In this document: one piece after another, positions 19,402 through 28,955 of the stretch
How the letters are laid out: each line of letters starts with the position of its first letter
Numbering within the stretch: position 1 is the first letter of the stretch
Origin: an uncultured Chloroflexia bacterium
GTDB taxonomy: Bacteria; Chloroflexota; Limnocylindria; Limnocylindrales; CSP1-4
Assembly: GCA_963715245.1 (NCBI GenBank)
Contig: CAVQRM010000002.1
Coordinates: 155,692-219,691 of the forward strand
DNA: 64,000 bases
Reading direction: 5' to 3'
Position numbers and translations under genes: made by a program
Notes under the pieces: generated by a model
The model's database searches: none
Seen by the model: only the letters and a program-made list of their open reading frames with translations
Told to the model about the DNA's origin: nothing

Positions 19402-19473
19402 GGAGGGCGATCATAGCGAAGGCCCGCGGGGACGTCCATGCTCGGAGGGCGCCAGCGGCGGGCCGGGAATCGC

Positions 19474-19498
19474 GAAGCCCGGCGCAGGGCCGGGCTTC
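19474..19498 (-). terminator. Hairpin after the small membrane-protein gene (10-bp stem gaagcccggc/gccgggcttc, 5-nt loop)
   Basis: Perfect inverted repeat 22 nt downstream of the minus-strand stop at 19520. Confidence 0.4.
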
Positions 19499-19519
19499 CG
19501 GGCGGGGAGCGACGCCGGA

Positions 19520-19864
19520 TCAGTCCCCGATCACGCTCCAGATGAGGCCCATCAGGATGAAGAAGCCACTGAACATGGCGATCAGGCCGATGCCGCCGTA
19601 CGGCGAGTTCGCGCCCTCCTGTGGCACCAGCTGGAGGCCGATGCCGAACACCACGGCCCAGGCGACGAGCAGGCCCGCGAACAGGAGCTTGGTGTTGGGA
19701 CCGGTCATCCGCCGGACCAGTGGCTGACGGCCACCCTCGGCGACCATCGCCGCCTTCATGAAGATCAGGACGAACAGGCCGGCCATCGCGACGCCCGCAA
19801 GCAGGATCACGAAGAAGTCCGGGAGTTGGGTGAACCAGACGGTGAAGATCGTCACGCGAAGCAT
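19520..19864 (-). CDS. Small integral membrane protein (3-4 TM), unknown family
   Basis: ATG 19864; ..FFVILLAGVAMAGLFVLIF..LLFAGLLVAWAVVFGIGL..IGLIAMFSGFFILMGLIW.. Confidence 0.5.
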   Translation of the reverse strand: MLRVTIFTVWFTQLPDFFVILLAGVAMAGLFVLIFMKAAMVAEGGRQPLVRRMTGPNTKLLFAGLLVAWAVVFGIGLQLVPQEGANSPYGGIGLIAMFSGFFILMGLIWSVIGD

Positions 19865-20049
19865 CCCTCGGGGGCGTGGACGGAACGGGTCGCGAACGCC
19901 GCCGGGCGGCGGCCGCACGATGCTAGCAGAACGGGCATGTCCAGCGGAACGCCGTTTCCGACCGTGGGTGTAACATGCTACTCAGGACACGCACGTAACT
20001 GTGTGTGCGGCACCATCCGCACCGACCCGCCCGCCGAACCGGAAGGCGC

Positions 20050-22317
20050 ATGAGCTTCGATCGTCTTGGCCGCTTTGCCGTCCGCCGCCGCTGGTGGATC
20101 GTCGGTGCATGGGCCGTCCTGATCCTCGCCGCGCTCCCCTTCGCGCCGCAGGCGCCCGGGGCGCTGTCCGCGGGGGGCTTCATCCTCGACGACCTCGAGT
20201 CGGCGCGGGCGAAGCAGCTCCTCCAGGACGAGCTGGGGGTCGAGCCGTCGGCCTTCGTCCTCGTCTACTCCTCCGCCACGATGACCGCCGGGACGCCCGA
20301 GTGGCTTGCCGCGGTCAGCGAGGCGACGAAGGACGTCCCCGCCGCGCCGCACGTCACCCGCGTCCTGTCGCACGTGCTGGCGCCACGCCAGGTGAGCGAG
20401 GACGGGCAGACGGCGTACGACATCGTGTTCCTCGACATCCCGCCCGACGACTCACCCGACGCGATCCCGCCCGTCGAGGCCGCCCTGCGCGAGGTGCCGG
20501 GGCTGCGCGTCCAGATCGCCGGCGGACCGGCGTTCTACGGCGACGTCCAGGAGGTCACGGAGCAGGACCTGCAGCGATCCGAGCTCATCTCGCTCCCGCT
20601 CGCCGCCCTCGCGCTCCTGCTCGTGTTCGGCAGCCTCGTCGCCGCCGGCGTGCCGCTCGCCGTTGGCGGCGCGTCCGTGCTCGTCGCGCTGGCGGGGATC
20701 TTCGTGGTCGCGTCATTCACGCCGATGAGCATCTTCGTGCTCAACCTTGCGACGCTCCTGGGCCTCGGGCTGGGCGTGGACTACTCGCTGCTCATGACCA
20801 GCCGGTTCCGCGAGGAGCTCGCCCATCGCGACGGTCCCGACCGGGTGGCCGAAGCCGTCCGCGTCACCGTCGCGACCGCGGGCCGGGCCGTCTTCTTCTC
20901 TGGCCTCACGGTGCTCCTGGGCCTGCTCGGCCTCGTCCTGTTCGAGTTCATGATCCTGCGCTCGGTGGGCATCGCCGGCGCGATCGTCGTGGGTCTTGCC
21001 GTGGCGGCGGCGATCACGCTCCTCCCGGCGATCCTCGCGATCATCGGCACCCGGATCGACCGCTACAGCATCCGCACCGTCGCCGTCGAGCCGTCCTCGG
21101 ACGGCCCGTGGGCGCGGCTCGCCCGCCGCGTCATGCGCCACCCGATCGCCGTCCTGATCCCGACGCTCTCGCTCCTGCTCCTCCTGGGGGTGCCGTTCCT
21201 CAACGTCCGGTTCAACGCCCCCGATGCGACGATCCTCCCGGCGAACGTCCCGTCCCGCGAGGCGTACGACGTCCTTGCCAAGGAGTTCGGGGAGGGCGAG
21301 TTCGCGCCGCTCGTCCTCGCCGTCCGCACCACGGGCGACGCGACGACGCCCGACAACGTCGCGCGGCTCCACGAGTACTCGCGGCGTCTGGCGGAGGATC
21401 CGCGCGTGGCGCGCGTCGCCAGCCTCGTGGACGTGGATCCGCGCCTCACCCTCGAGCAGTACCAGCTGCTCTACTCGTCGCCCGCCGGCCCGCCGGACCG
21501 GTTCGTGGCGACCGCGCTCGATGCCACGACGAAGGGCAGCCTCACGGCGTTCACCGTCTACACGCCGTTCGGCCCCAACAACGAGCAGGGGCGAGCGCTC
21601 GTGGGCGACCTCCGCGATCCGGCCGGACCGCTCGCGCCCCCGGACGGCACCTCCGTCCAGGTCGGCGGCGGCGCGGCAGACGTCGATGATGTCGTCTCAC
21701 GCGTGTGGGCCGACTTCCCGCGGACCGCGGCGTTCATCGTGATCACGACGTTCCTCGTGCTGTTCGTCCTCCTGCGCTCGGTCGTCCTGCCGATCAAGGC
21801 GCTGGCGATGAACACGCTGTCGATCGTCGCCTCGTTCGGCGCCCTCGTCTGGATCTTCCAGGAGGGCAACCTGTCGCAGCTGCTGGGGTTCCAGCCGCTC
21901 GGGTTCGTCGAGACCACGCAGCCCGTGATCCTGTTCTGTGTCCTGTTCGGCCTGTCGATGGACTACGAGGTCTTCCTCCTGTCACGCATGAAGGAGGTCT
22001 GGGATCGCACCGGCGACAACACCGAGGCGGTCGCGCGCGGGCTCGAGCGCTCCGGCCGGATCGTGAGCTCGGCGGCGCTGATCGTCGTCGTGGTGGCAGG
22101 CTCGTTCGCGTTCGCGGACATCGTGCTCATCAAGGCGCTCGGCCTCGGCGTCGCGATCGCGGTAGCCCTCGATGCGACCGTCGTCCGTGCGCTCCTCGTG
22201 CCGGCCACGATGCGGCTCCTCGGCAAGTGGAACTGGTGGGTGCCGCGGCGGCTGGATCGCGCCCTCCAGCCGATCCTCCCACGGACCGAGGCCGAGGTGG
22301 AGGCCGCCGTCCGATGA
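20050..22317 (+). CDS. MMPL/RND-superfamily membrane transporter
   Basis: 755-aa ORF, intact; two 6-TM bundles each preceded by a soluble loop; ..GVDYSLLMTSRFREEL.. and ..GLSMDYEVFLLSRMKEVW.. duplicated motifs. Confidence 0.9.
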   Translation: MSFDRLGRFAVRRRWWIVGAWAVLILAALPFAPQAPGALSAGGFILDDLESARAKQLLQDELGVEPSAFVLVYSSATMTAGTPEWLAAVSEATKDVPAAPHVTRVLSHVLAPRQVSEDGQTAYDIVFLDIPPDDSPDAIPPVEAALREVPGLRVQIAGGPAFYGDVQEVTEQDLQRSELISLPLAALALLLVFGSLVAAGVPLAVGGASVLVALAGIFVVASFTPMSIFVLNLATLLGLGLGVDYSLLMTSRFREELAHRDGPDRVAEAVRVTVATAGRAVFFSGLTVLLGLLGLVLFEFMILRSVGIAGAIVVGLAVAAAITLLPAILAIIGTRIDRYSIRTVAVEPSSDGPWARLARRVMRHPIAVLIPTLSLLLLLGVPFLNVRFNAPDATILPANVPSREAYDVLAKEFGEGEFAPLVLAVRTTGDATTPDNVARLHEYSRRLAEDPRVARVASLVDVDPRLTLEQYQLLYSSPAGPPDRFVATALDATTKGSLTAFTVYTPFGPNNEQGRALVGDLRDPAGPLAPPDGTSVQVGGGAADVDDVVSRVWADFPRTAAFIVITTFLVLFVLLRSVVLPIKALAMNTLSIVASFGALVWIFQEGNLSQLLGFQPLGFVETTQPVILFCVLFGLSMDYEVFLLSRMKEVWDRTGDNTEAVARGLERSGRIVSSAALIVVVVAGSFAFADIVLIKALGLGVAIAVALDATVVRALLVPATMRLLGKWNWWVPRRLDRALQPILPRTEAEVEAAVR

Positions 22318-23501
22318 CCAGCCGCCCGACCCCCCTCCGTCCGACGCTCATCATCATCGCGCTCGTCGCCCTTGTCGTCGGCGCGTGCTCGGGTCCCGTG
22401 CTCGCCAACCCGCCCGTCGAGCGGCCGGTCGCCACGCCCGCCCCGAGCGCACCCGCCCGGCAGCCGGACCCGCAGCCCGTGGTCCTCCCGCGCGACGACG
22501 GGCCGCACGACCGCCTCACCGAGTGGTGGTACTACACCGGCCACCTGCGCGCCGGGGACGGCCACCGGTTCGGCTTCGAGTACGTCGTGTTCCGCGCCGA
22601 GCGAGGCGGCTTCCCAGTGACGTGGGCATCGCACCTCGCGCTCACGGACGAGACGGCGGGCCGGTTCCACTATGCGCAGCGCGCCGAGATCGGACCGCAG
22701 GTGGACGGCTCCCCGACGGGCCCGGACGGCCCCGAGGGCTTCGCGTTCTCCGTGAGCGGCATGGACCTGGCCGGCGCCGCGCTGCCCGGGAGCACGCCCT
22801 GGACCATGGAGGGCGTCAGCGGTGCGGACCGGCTCACGGCCGCCGCGGGCGGCGTGGAGGTGTCCGGCGACCCGGTGGCCGAGTTCGGCATCGACCTCCG
22901 GCTGACGCCGCGCAAGGAGCCCGTCCTCCACGACGGCGATGGGTGGATCGACTTCGGCCCAGCCGGCGGGTCCTACTACTACTCGCGCACGGACATGGAC
23001 GCGACCGGGACCGTCACCCTCGGGGCCGAGGCGCTGGTGGTCGAGGGCGACGCCTGGTTCGACCACCAGTGGGGCGACTTCATCTCCGTGGGCGGCGGCG
23101 GCTGGGACTGGTTCGCGGTCAACCTGGATGACGGCACGGACCTCACGGTCTCGCTCGTCCGCGCCGCGGACGGGACGTACCCGCTCGTCTACGGGACCCT
23201 CGTCGAGCCGGACGGGACCACGCGCCATCTCCCCCGCGAGGCGGTCGACGTGACCGTCGACCGGACCTGGACGAGCCCCGCCACCGGGGCCACGTACCCG
23301 GCGGGCTGGACGATCTCCGTCCCGGACGAGGCGCTCGAGATCGGGCTCGTCCCGACCGTCGCGCAGCAGGAGCTCGACACCCGCTCGACGACGGGCGTCG
23401 TCTACTGGGAGGGGTCGCAGCTCGTGACCGCGACGCGCGGCGGCGTCCCGCTCGGCGGCCAGGCCTACGTCGAGCTCACCGGGTACGCGGACGGCCGGTA
23501 G
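22314..23501 (+). CDS. AttH/CrtC-like (lipocalin-type) lipoprotein
   Basis: ATGA overlap with the MMPL gene; lipobox LVVGAC; ..HDRLTEWWYYTGHL.. and ..DAWFDHQWGDF.. family motifs. Confidence 0.75.
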   Translation: MTSRPTPLRPTLIIIALVALVVGACSGPVLANPPVERPVATPAPSAPARQPDPQPVVLPRDDGPHDRLTEWWYYTGHLRAGDGHRFGFEYVVFRAERGGFPVTWASHLALTDETAGRFHYAQRAEIGPQVDGSPTGPDGPEGFAFSVSGMDLAGAALPGSTPWTMEGVSGADRLTAAAGGVEVSGDPVAEFGIDLRLTPRKEPVLHDGDGWIDFGPAGGSYYYSRTDMDATGTVTLGAEALVVEGDAWFDHQWGDFISVGGGGWDWFAVNLDDGTDLTVSLVRAADGTYPLVYGTLVEPDGTTRHLPREAVDVTVDRTWTSPATGATYPAGWTISVPDEALEIGLVPTVAQQELDTRSTTGVVYWEGSQLVTATRGGVPLGGQAYVELTGYADGR

Positions 23502-23536
23502 GCGTCGTCAGGAACGAGGCTGGAACCGCGCGAGCC

Positions 23537-24349
23537 TCACTCCAGCTCGGCCGGAAACGTGACCGGGATCAGCTCGAGGCCCCCGCGGACGGCGAGCTCG
23601 CGTGCCGACGCGTCGATGGAGGGAATCTCGCCGAGCGTGGCGAGGACCGCCTTGGCCGCCTTGCGGTAGGCATCGGTGCTCTTGAGCGAGGCGGCGAGGC
23701 CCTTGTCGATCTGCCCGCCGAGCTCCTCGTAGAACGCGGCGAGCGCGGCCTGCTGGCCCACGGCCTCGGGCCACCCGGTGAAGGTCCTGACCATGCCGGC
23801 ACCGGTCCGGGTGTCGATGCTCATGCGCCGGAGCACCTTCTGGACGGCGGTCGTGTTGAGGCGCTTGGCATCGAGTGCGGCCGCGAGGGGCGACGCCTCG
23901 GCGGCGAGACGGGCGTTGATCGCCGTCGTGCCCCGGAGGGCCGCGGCGGCGGCGGTCGGGATCTCGAGCGTGACCGCGGTTCCCGTGCCACCCGCGCCGA
24001 TGCCTGCGACCGCGTCGGACGGCGACGTCGTGACGGGCCGCGCGGGGGCGAACAGGTTGACGAGGACGAGCGTCAGGAGGATTCCGCCGGCGGCGCCTGC
24101 GCCGACGAGCCTGGCGGCACGATCGAGGGGGACGTCGAACAGCAGGCGCTGGCCGCAGCCGTCACACCTGGACACGCCGCGTGCCAGCGTGCGGCCGCAC
24201 GACGGACAACCGAACGCGACGGCGTCGATGCCGCCGTCCGCGGTCGCATCGGCGGCGCCCGGGGCGAACTCGACCGGACTGCCATCATCGAGCGCGGGAG
24301 GCGCGTCGCCGCCCCGCCTGAAGGTGGACCGCAAGGCGCCGAACGCCAT
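23537..24349 (-). CDS. Zinc-ribbon membrane protein with extracytoplasmic helical domain
   Basis: AGGAGGG RBS before ATG 24349; CPSCG..CDGCG; TM GAGAAGGILLTLVLVNLF. Confidence 0.55.
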   Translation of the reverse strand: MAFGALRSTFRRGGDAPPALDDGSPVEFAPGAADATADGGIDAVAFGCPSCGRTLARGVSRCDGCGQRLLFDVPLDRAARLVGAGAAGGILLTLVLVNLFAPARPVTTSPSDAVAGIGAGGTGTAVTLEIPTAAAAALRGTTAINARLAAEASPLAAALDAKRLNTTAVQKVLRRMSIDTRTGAGMVRTFTGWPEAVGQQAALAAFYEELGGQIDKGLAASLKSTDAYRKAAKAVLATLGEIPSIDASARELAVRGGLELIPVTFPAELE

Positions 24350-24512
24350 CGATCCCTCCTGTCCCGCGGCGCATCCGGCCCCGCGACGGACCACCGCCTT
24401 CCCCCGGCGGTGGCCCCGGCATCCTATGGGCTCCCGGGGCGCGCGCCATCCCGGACGATCGTCCGGGCAGTACCGGGACCGCGCCGGCCGGCGTCCGGTC
24501 CGTGACCGGGCG

Positions 24513-25406
24513 TCAGGGTGCGGGACTCTCCACCGCCGGGCTGGCGGCGGGCGAGGCCGACGCCTTGGCCAGCTCCGCCTCGATCAGCGTGCTGAGCTGC
24601 TCCACCGTCTGGAGGCCGGGGATCGTCTGCCCGCCGATGATCATGGTCGGGGTCGAGTTGATGCCCATGCCGACGCCCTCGGCCGTCGAAGCGGTCACCT
24701 CGGCGAGCGTCTCGGCGGCATCGATGCAGGTGTCCCAGTTCGTGACGTCCACGCCGGCCGCCTCGGCGATCGCCTTGAGGCGCTCGCGCCGGAAGCCACC
24801 CGCGTTCTCGCCGTCCTGGTTGCTGTAGACCCACAGCGAGTAGTCCCAGTACTTGTCCTGCTGGTTCGCGCAGACCGCGCCGCTCGCCGCGAGGACCGAC
24901 TCGTCGTCCGGACCGCCGCGGCCCAGGAACGCGAGGTCCTTCTTGACGATCCGCAGGTCCCCGTTCCTGACGTACAGATCGACGATGAGGGGCTCCACGT
25001 CCAGGGTGTGCTTCGCGCACACGGGGCACTGGTAGTCCTCCCAGACCTCGAGCGTCACCGGCGCGTCCGCGCTGCCGATGGTGCGGCCGTCAAGGAGCGC
25101 CGCCGGGTAGTTGATCCCCGGGTCGTCGAGGGTGCCGGTGACGCGGCCGCCGAGCTGGTTCGCGGCGACCACGACGACGATCAGCACGCCGATGATCGTG
25201 GCGCCGATCATGATCGTCTTCGTGTTGAGCCACGAGGAGCCGCCGCCGGACGACGAGCCCGCGCGGGATCGTCGCTCCTCCCGAGCCGTCTCGAAGCGAT
25301 CGTGCCGCTCTGCCGCACGCCGCTGACGGCGCGTCTGGTTGGTGGGGGACTGCTTGCCGCTCAGGGGAGGCCTCCGTCGTGTGGCGTGGCGCGGGACGCG
25401 CGACAT
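24513..25406 (-). CDS. DsbA-family thiol:disulfide oxidoreductase, membrane-anchored
   Basis: N-terminal TM IMIGATIIGVLIVVVVAA; thioredoxin motif WEDYQCPVCAKH; ..NSTPTMIIGG.. Confidence 0.8.
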   Translation of the reverse strand: MSRVPRHATRRRPPLSGKQSPTNQTRRQRRAAERHDRFETAREERRSRAGSSSGGGSSWLNTKTIMIGATIIGVLIVVVVAANQLGGRVTGTLDDPGINYPAALLDGRTIGSADAPVTLEVWEDYQCPVCAKHTLDVEPLIVDLYVRNGDLRIVKKDLAFLGRGGPDDESVLAASGAVCANQQDKYWDYSLWVYSNQDGENAGGFRRERLKAIAEAAGVDVTNWDTCIDAAETLAEVTASTAEGVGMGINSTPTMIIGGQTIPGLQTVEQLSTLIEAELAKASASPAASPAVESPAP

Positions 25407-25515
25407 TGTGGCGTAGTTCGCCCGATCGAGCCTCGCCGACTCCGGGCACGACGCGGAAGGGACGTTCGGCCCGCCGCACGGGCCGAGCGGCCCGATCCGC
25501 GGTCATCGGACGAGC

Positions 25516-25553
25516 TTGCGTGCCCGCGGGACATCGTTGATACTAAGTCTCAA
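25516..25553 (+). promoter_or_regulatory. Putative leaderless promoter (TTGCGT-17 nt-GATACT-8 nt-ATG) overlapped by a 17-bp inverted repeat TTGATACT-A-AGTCTCAA (25537-25553), candidate Fur-family operator
   Basis: Hexamers, spacing and 7/8 half-site symmetry read directly; the operon downstream encodes its own Fur-family regulator. Confidence 0.4.
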
Positions 25554-26479
25554 TGACCGCACCGACGCCGACGCCGACCCCGACGAAGCCCGACGGCGAA
25601 CCCGAGCTCCACGAGCACCCGGGACAGCGCCCGCACGCCCACCCGGGCGGGGTGGATGCCTCGCACGCGCATGCCCACGCGGACGTGTGGCTGAGCGACG
25701 TGTCGGCGGGTTACGGCGAGCGCGTCGCGCTGGAGCACGTGACCCTGGCGGTGGAACCCGGCAGCCTGCTCGCGGTCGTGGGGCCGAACGGCGCGGGCAA
25801 GAGCACGCTGCTCAAGCTCATGGCCGGGCTGCTCCAGCCGTGGACGGGGCGGATCGAGATCCTCGGTGCGCCGGCGGGTCGCGAGAGCCGCCGGGTCGCG
25901 TACGTGCCCCAGGCGGAGCTCGTGGACTGGGCGTTTCCGGTCACCGTCGAGGACGTCGTGATGATGGGCCGCTTCCCGCGGCTCGGGCCGATCCGGCGCC
26001 CCGGCCGCGACGACCGTCGCGCCGTCCAGGACGCGCTCGCGCAGGTCAAGATGGAGACCCACCTCCGCACGCAGATCGGCCGGCTCTCGGGTGGACAGCG
26101 CCGGCGCGTGTTCCTCGCGCGTGCGCTCGCGGCGGAGCCCGACGTGTTCCTCCTCGACGAGCCCGTCACCGGCATCGACGCCACGACCCAGGAGCTCCTG
26201 ATGGACATCCTGGAGGCCCAGGCGGCGCGCGGCAAGACCGTCGTCGCGACGACGCACGACCTCGCCTGTGCGGCCCAGCGGTTCCAGCAGGTGCTCGCCG
26301 TCAACCGGACGGTCGTCGCGTACGGTCCGTCCAACCTCGTGCTCGACACCGGTGTCCTCGCCCGGGCATACGGTGGCCACCTCCTCGTGCTCGGCGACAA
26401 CACCGTCGTGCTCGACGACGCCCATCACCACGACGAGGCGGCTCCCGGCGAGCGCCACTTCCACGACCAGGGCCGGTGA
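25553..26479 (+). CDS. Metal (Zn/Mn-type) ABC importer ATP-binding protein with His-rich N-terminal extension
   Basis: Walker A GPNGAGKST, signature LSGGQRRR, Walker B VFLLDEP; N-terminus ELHEHPGQRPHAHPGGVDASHAHAHAD. Confidence 0.9.
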   Translation: MTAPTPTPTPTKPDGEPELHEHPGQRPHAHPGGVDASHAHAHADVWLSDVSAGYGERVALEHVTLAVEPGSLLAVVGPNGAGKSTLLKLMAGLLQPWTGRIEILGAPAGRESRRVAYVPQAELVDWAFPVTVEDVVMMGRFPRLGPIRRPGRDDRRAVQDALAQVKMETHLRTQIGRLSGGQRRRVFLARALAAEPDVFLLDEPVTGIDATTQELLMDILEAQAARGKTVVATTHDLACAAQRFQQVLAVNRTVVAYGPSNLVLDTGVLARAYGGHLLVLGDNTVVLDDAHHHDEAAPGERHFHDQGR

Positions 26480-27351
26480 TGGACGTCATCTTCGAGCCCC
26501 TGGGCCTCGCGTTCTTCGTGCGGGCGCTCGTCGCCTCCGTCATGGTCGGGACGATCTGTGCCGTCGTCGGCACGTATGTGGTGCTGCGCGGCGTCGCGTT
26601 CATCGGCGACGCCATCGCGCACGCCGGGTTCCCGGGAGTCGTCGCCGCGTACATGCTCGGGCTCCCGTTCTACCTCGGGGCCGCGATCGCCGCCGTCGGC
26701 ACGGCGCTCGCAATCGGCTGGGTGACGAAGCGGGCGGGGATCCGCCAGGACACGGCGATCGGGGTGCTGTTCGCCGGGACGTTCGCCCTCGGCGTGTTCA
26801 TGTTCAGCACGATCGACGGCTACGTGGCGGACCTGTGGTCGTTCCTGCTCGGCAACGTGCTCGCGATCGGCCCCGAGGACCTCGTCGCCCTGCTCATCCT
26901 GGGCACGGGCCTGTTCGCCATCGTCGCGCTCCTGTGGAAGGAGCTCCTGTACGCGACGTTCGACCCGCTGGGCGCCGCCGCGTCGGGCATCAAGGTCGGG
27001 CGGCTGGAGTACCTGTTCCTGGCGCTCGTCGCCCTGACGATCGTCGTCAGCCTCCAGGCCGTGGGGATCATCCTCGTGGTGGCGATGCTGATCACGCCGG
27101 CGGCCACGGCGCAGATGCTCACCGTGCGCTTCACGCGGCTCATGGCGCTCGCGGCCCTGGTGGGCATCGCGAGCTCGGTCATCGGCCTCTACCTGTCGTA
27201 CTGGCTGGACGTCCCCAGCGGCGCGACGATCGTCCTCGTCCAGACCGCGATGTTCCTCGCTGCGCTCGTCCTGGGGCCGAGGGGCCTCCTGGCGCGCCGC
27301 CGGGGTGCCGGCCGAGAGGCGGTCTTCGCGGCCGCGGAGCCCGCCGCATGA
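26479..27351 (+). CDS. Metal ABC importer permease (ZnuB/MntB/TroCD type)
   Basis: Start overlaps the upstream stop; ..GTYVVLRGVAFIGDAIAHAGFPGV.. and ..VVAMLITPAATAQ.. family motifs; about 8 TM helices. Confidence 0.9.
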   Translation: MDVIFEPLGLAFFVRALVASVMVGTICAVVGTYVVLRGVAFIGDAIAHAGFPGVVAAYMLGLPFYLGAAIAAVGTALAIGWVTKRAGIRQDTAIGVLFAGTFALGVFMFSTIDGYVADLWSFLLGNVLAIGPEDLVALLILGTGLFAIVALLWKELLYATFDPLGAAASGIKVGRLEYLFLALVALTIVVSLQAVGIILVVAMLITPAATAQMLTVRFTRLMALAALVGIASSVIGLYLSYWLDVPSGATIVLVQTAMFLAALVLGPRGLLARRRGAGREAVFAAAEPAA

Positions 27352-27809
27352 CGCGATCGACGGCGACGGTCGACCATCTCGTCGACGCCCTCGATGACGC
27401 GGGCTACCGGCTGACCGATCCCCGCCGGGCGGTCGCGGCGATGATCGCCGGGCGGGACGGGCACTTCACCGCCGCGGACCTCGTCGAGGAGGCTCACCGG
27501 CACCACCCGGGCATGGGCCGCGCAACGGTGTTTCGCGCGCTGGACCTGTTCACCTCGCTCGGGCTCGTGGAGCGCGTCGACCTGCCCGCGGGCGATCACG
27601 CGTATGTCGCATGTGAGCCCGCCCACCATCACCACGCGATCTGCACGGCCTGCGGCCGCTCGCTCGACGTCGAGGATCTCGGCCTCGCCGAGGTGCTCGG
27701 CGAGATCGGCCGCCGCTCCGGGTTCCGGGTCACGACGCACCGGCTCGAGCTGTTCGGGCTGTGCGCGACCTGCCAGCTCGCGGCCAGACCCTCGACACCG
27801 GGTTCCTGA
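27348..27809 (+). CDS. Fur-family metalloregulator (Zur/Mur-like)
   Basis: ATGA overlap; winged-helix ..GRATVFRALDLFTSLGLV.., metal sites HHHHAIC..C and C..C at the C-terminus. Confidence 0.85.
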   Translation: MTRSTATVDHLVDALDDAGYRLTDPRRAVAAMIAGRDGHFTAADLVEEAHRHHPGMGRATVFRALDLFTSLGLVERVDLPAGDHAYVACEPAHHHHAICTACGRSLDVEDLGLAEVLGEIGRRSGFRVTTHRLELFGLCATCQLAARPSTPGS

Positions 27810-27812
27810 TCC

Positions 27813-28769
27813 ATGCTCCCCCGGTCGATGCGCTCCCGTGCACGCTCCCTGCGTGGCCTCGTGCTGGCGGCGTTCGTCGCGGCCGTCCTCGTCGCGGCAT
27901 GCGGCCCGGTCGGGGCTGGGTCGACGTCCCCCGTGGCCGGCGGCGCGACCGTGGACGTCGTCACGACCACGACGGTCTTCGCGGACATGGTCCGCCAGCT
28001 CGGCGGTGACCGCGTTCGCGTGGACAGCCTCGTGCCCAAGGGGGGCGAGGTCCACACGTTCGACCCGACGCCCAGTGACGTCCGCCGGATCACGGATGCC
28101 GACCTGATCGTCCGCAACGGCCTCGGCCTGGACGAGTGGCTGGCGAGGCTGGTGCAGGACGCCGGCACCGACGCCCCGGTCCTGGCGCTCGCCGAGGACC
28201 TCGAGGGCGTGACGCTCCTGCAGGGCGCCGCGCATGAGGGCGAGGATCCCAATCCGCACCTGTGGATGAACGTCGCCTACGCCGCGCGCTACGCGGATCG
28301 CATCGCGGAGGCCCTCACGGCCGTCGACCCCGACGGAGCAGCGACGTACGCGGACCGGCTGGCGGCGTATCGCGAGACGCTGGCCGAGCTCGACTCGTAC
28401 GCGCGGACCGAGATCGGCGCGGTGCCCGAGGCGCAGCGCAACGTCGTCGCGTTTCACGATGCGTTTCCGTACTTCGCCGCGGCCTACGGCCTGACCATCG
28501 ACGGCACGATCGTGGATGCGCCGGGGCAGGACCCGAGCGCCGGCGAGATCGCCGGCCTCATCGCCGCCATCCGTGCGAACGATGTCTCCGCGATCTTCGC
28601 CGAGACGCAGTTCAACCAGGAGCTCGTGACGACGATCGCCGACGAGACCGGCGTGCCCGTCGTCTCGAGCCTGTACACGGACACCATCGGCGACGCGCCG
28701 CTCGATACCTACGAGCGGGTGATGCGCTGGAACGTCGACCAGGTCGTCGCGGCGCTCACGGGGGAGTAG
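27813..28769 (+). CDS. Metal ABC importer substrate-binding lipoprotein (TroA/ZnuA cluster)
   Basis: Lipobox LVAAC; ..EVHTFDPTPSD..NPHLWMN..AFHDAFPYF..FAETQF.. Confidence 0.9.
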   Translation: MLPRSMRSRARSLRGLVLAAFVAAVLVAACGPVGAGSTSPVAGGATVDVVTTTTVFADMVRQLGGDRVRVDSLVPKGGEVHTFDPTPSDVRRITDADLIVRNGLGLDEWLARLVQDAGTDAPVLALAEDLEGVTLLQGAAHEGEDPNPHLWMNVAYAARYADRIAEALTAVDPDGAATYADRLAAYRETLAELDSYARTEIGAVPEAQRNVVAFHDAFPYFAAAYGLTIDGTIVDAPGQDPSAGEIAGLIAAIRANDVSAIFAETQFNQELVTTIADETGVPVVSSLYTDTIGDAPLDTYERVMRWNVDQVVAALTGE

Positions 28770-28775
28770 CCGCAC

Positions 28776-28793
28776 CCGGTACCCGTGTACCGG
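28776..28793 (+). terminator. Short hairpin (ccggtac-ccgt-gtaccgg) 7 nt after the substrate-binding-protein stop
   Basis: 7-bp perfect stem, 4-nt loop. Confidence 0.35.
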
Positions 28794-28955
28794 CGCGACT
28801 CGGGACCATCGGCACGCGAAACGCTGAAACCTTCGGGCGATGGGCTGACTCGGAGTGGCATCGGACCATCCGGGGAGGCCCATGCCGAACACCGCGTCGC
28901 CCGTCCACGCTTGCGCGCCCTCACGCACGCCGCTGCCTTTCCTGGAGGTGACGGC

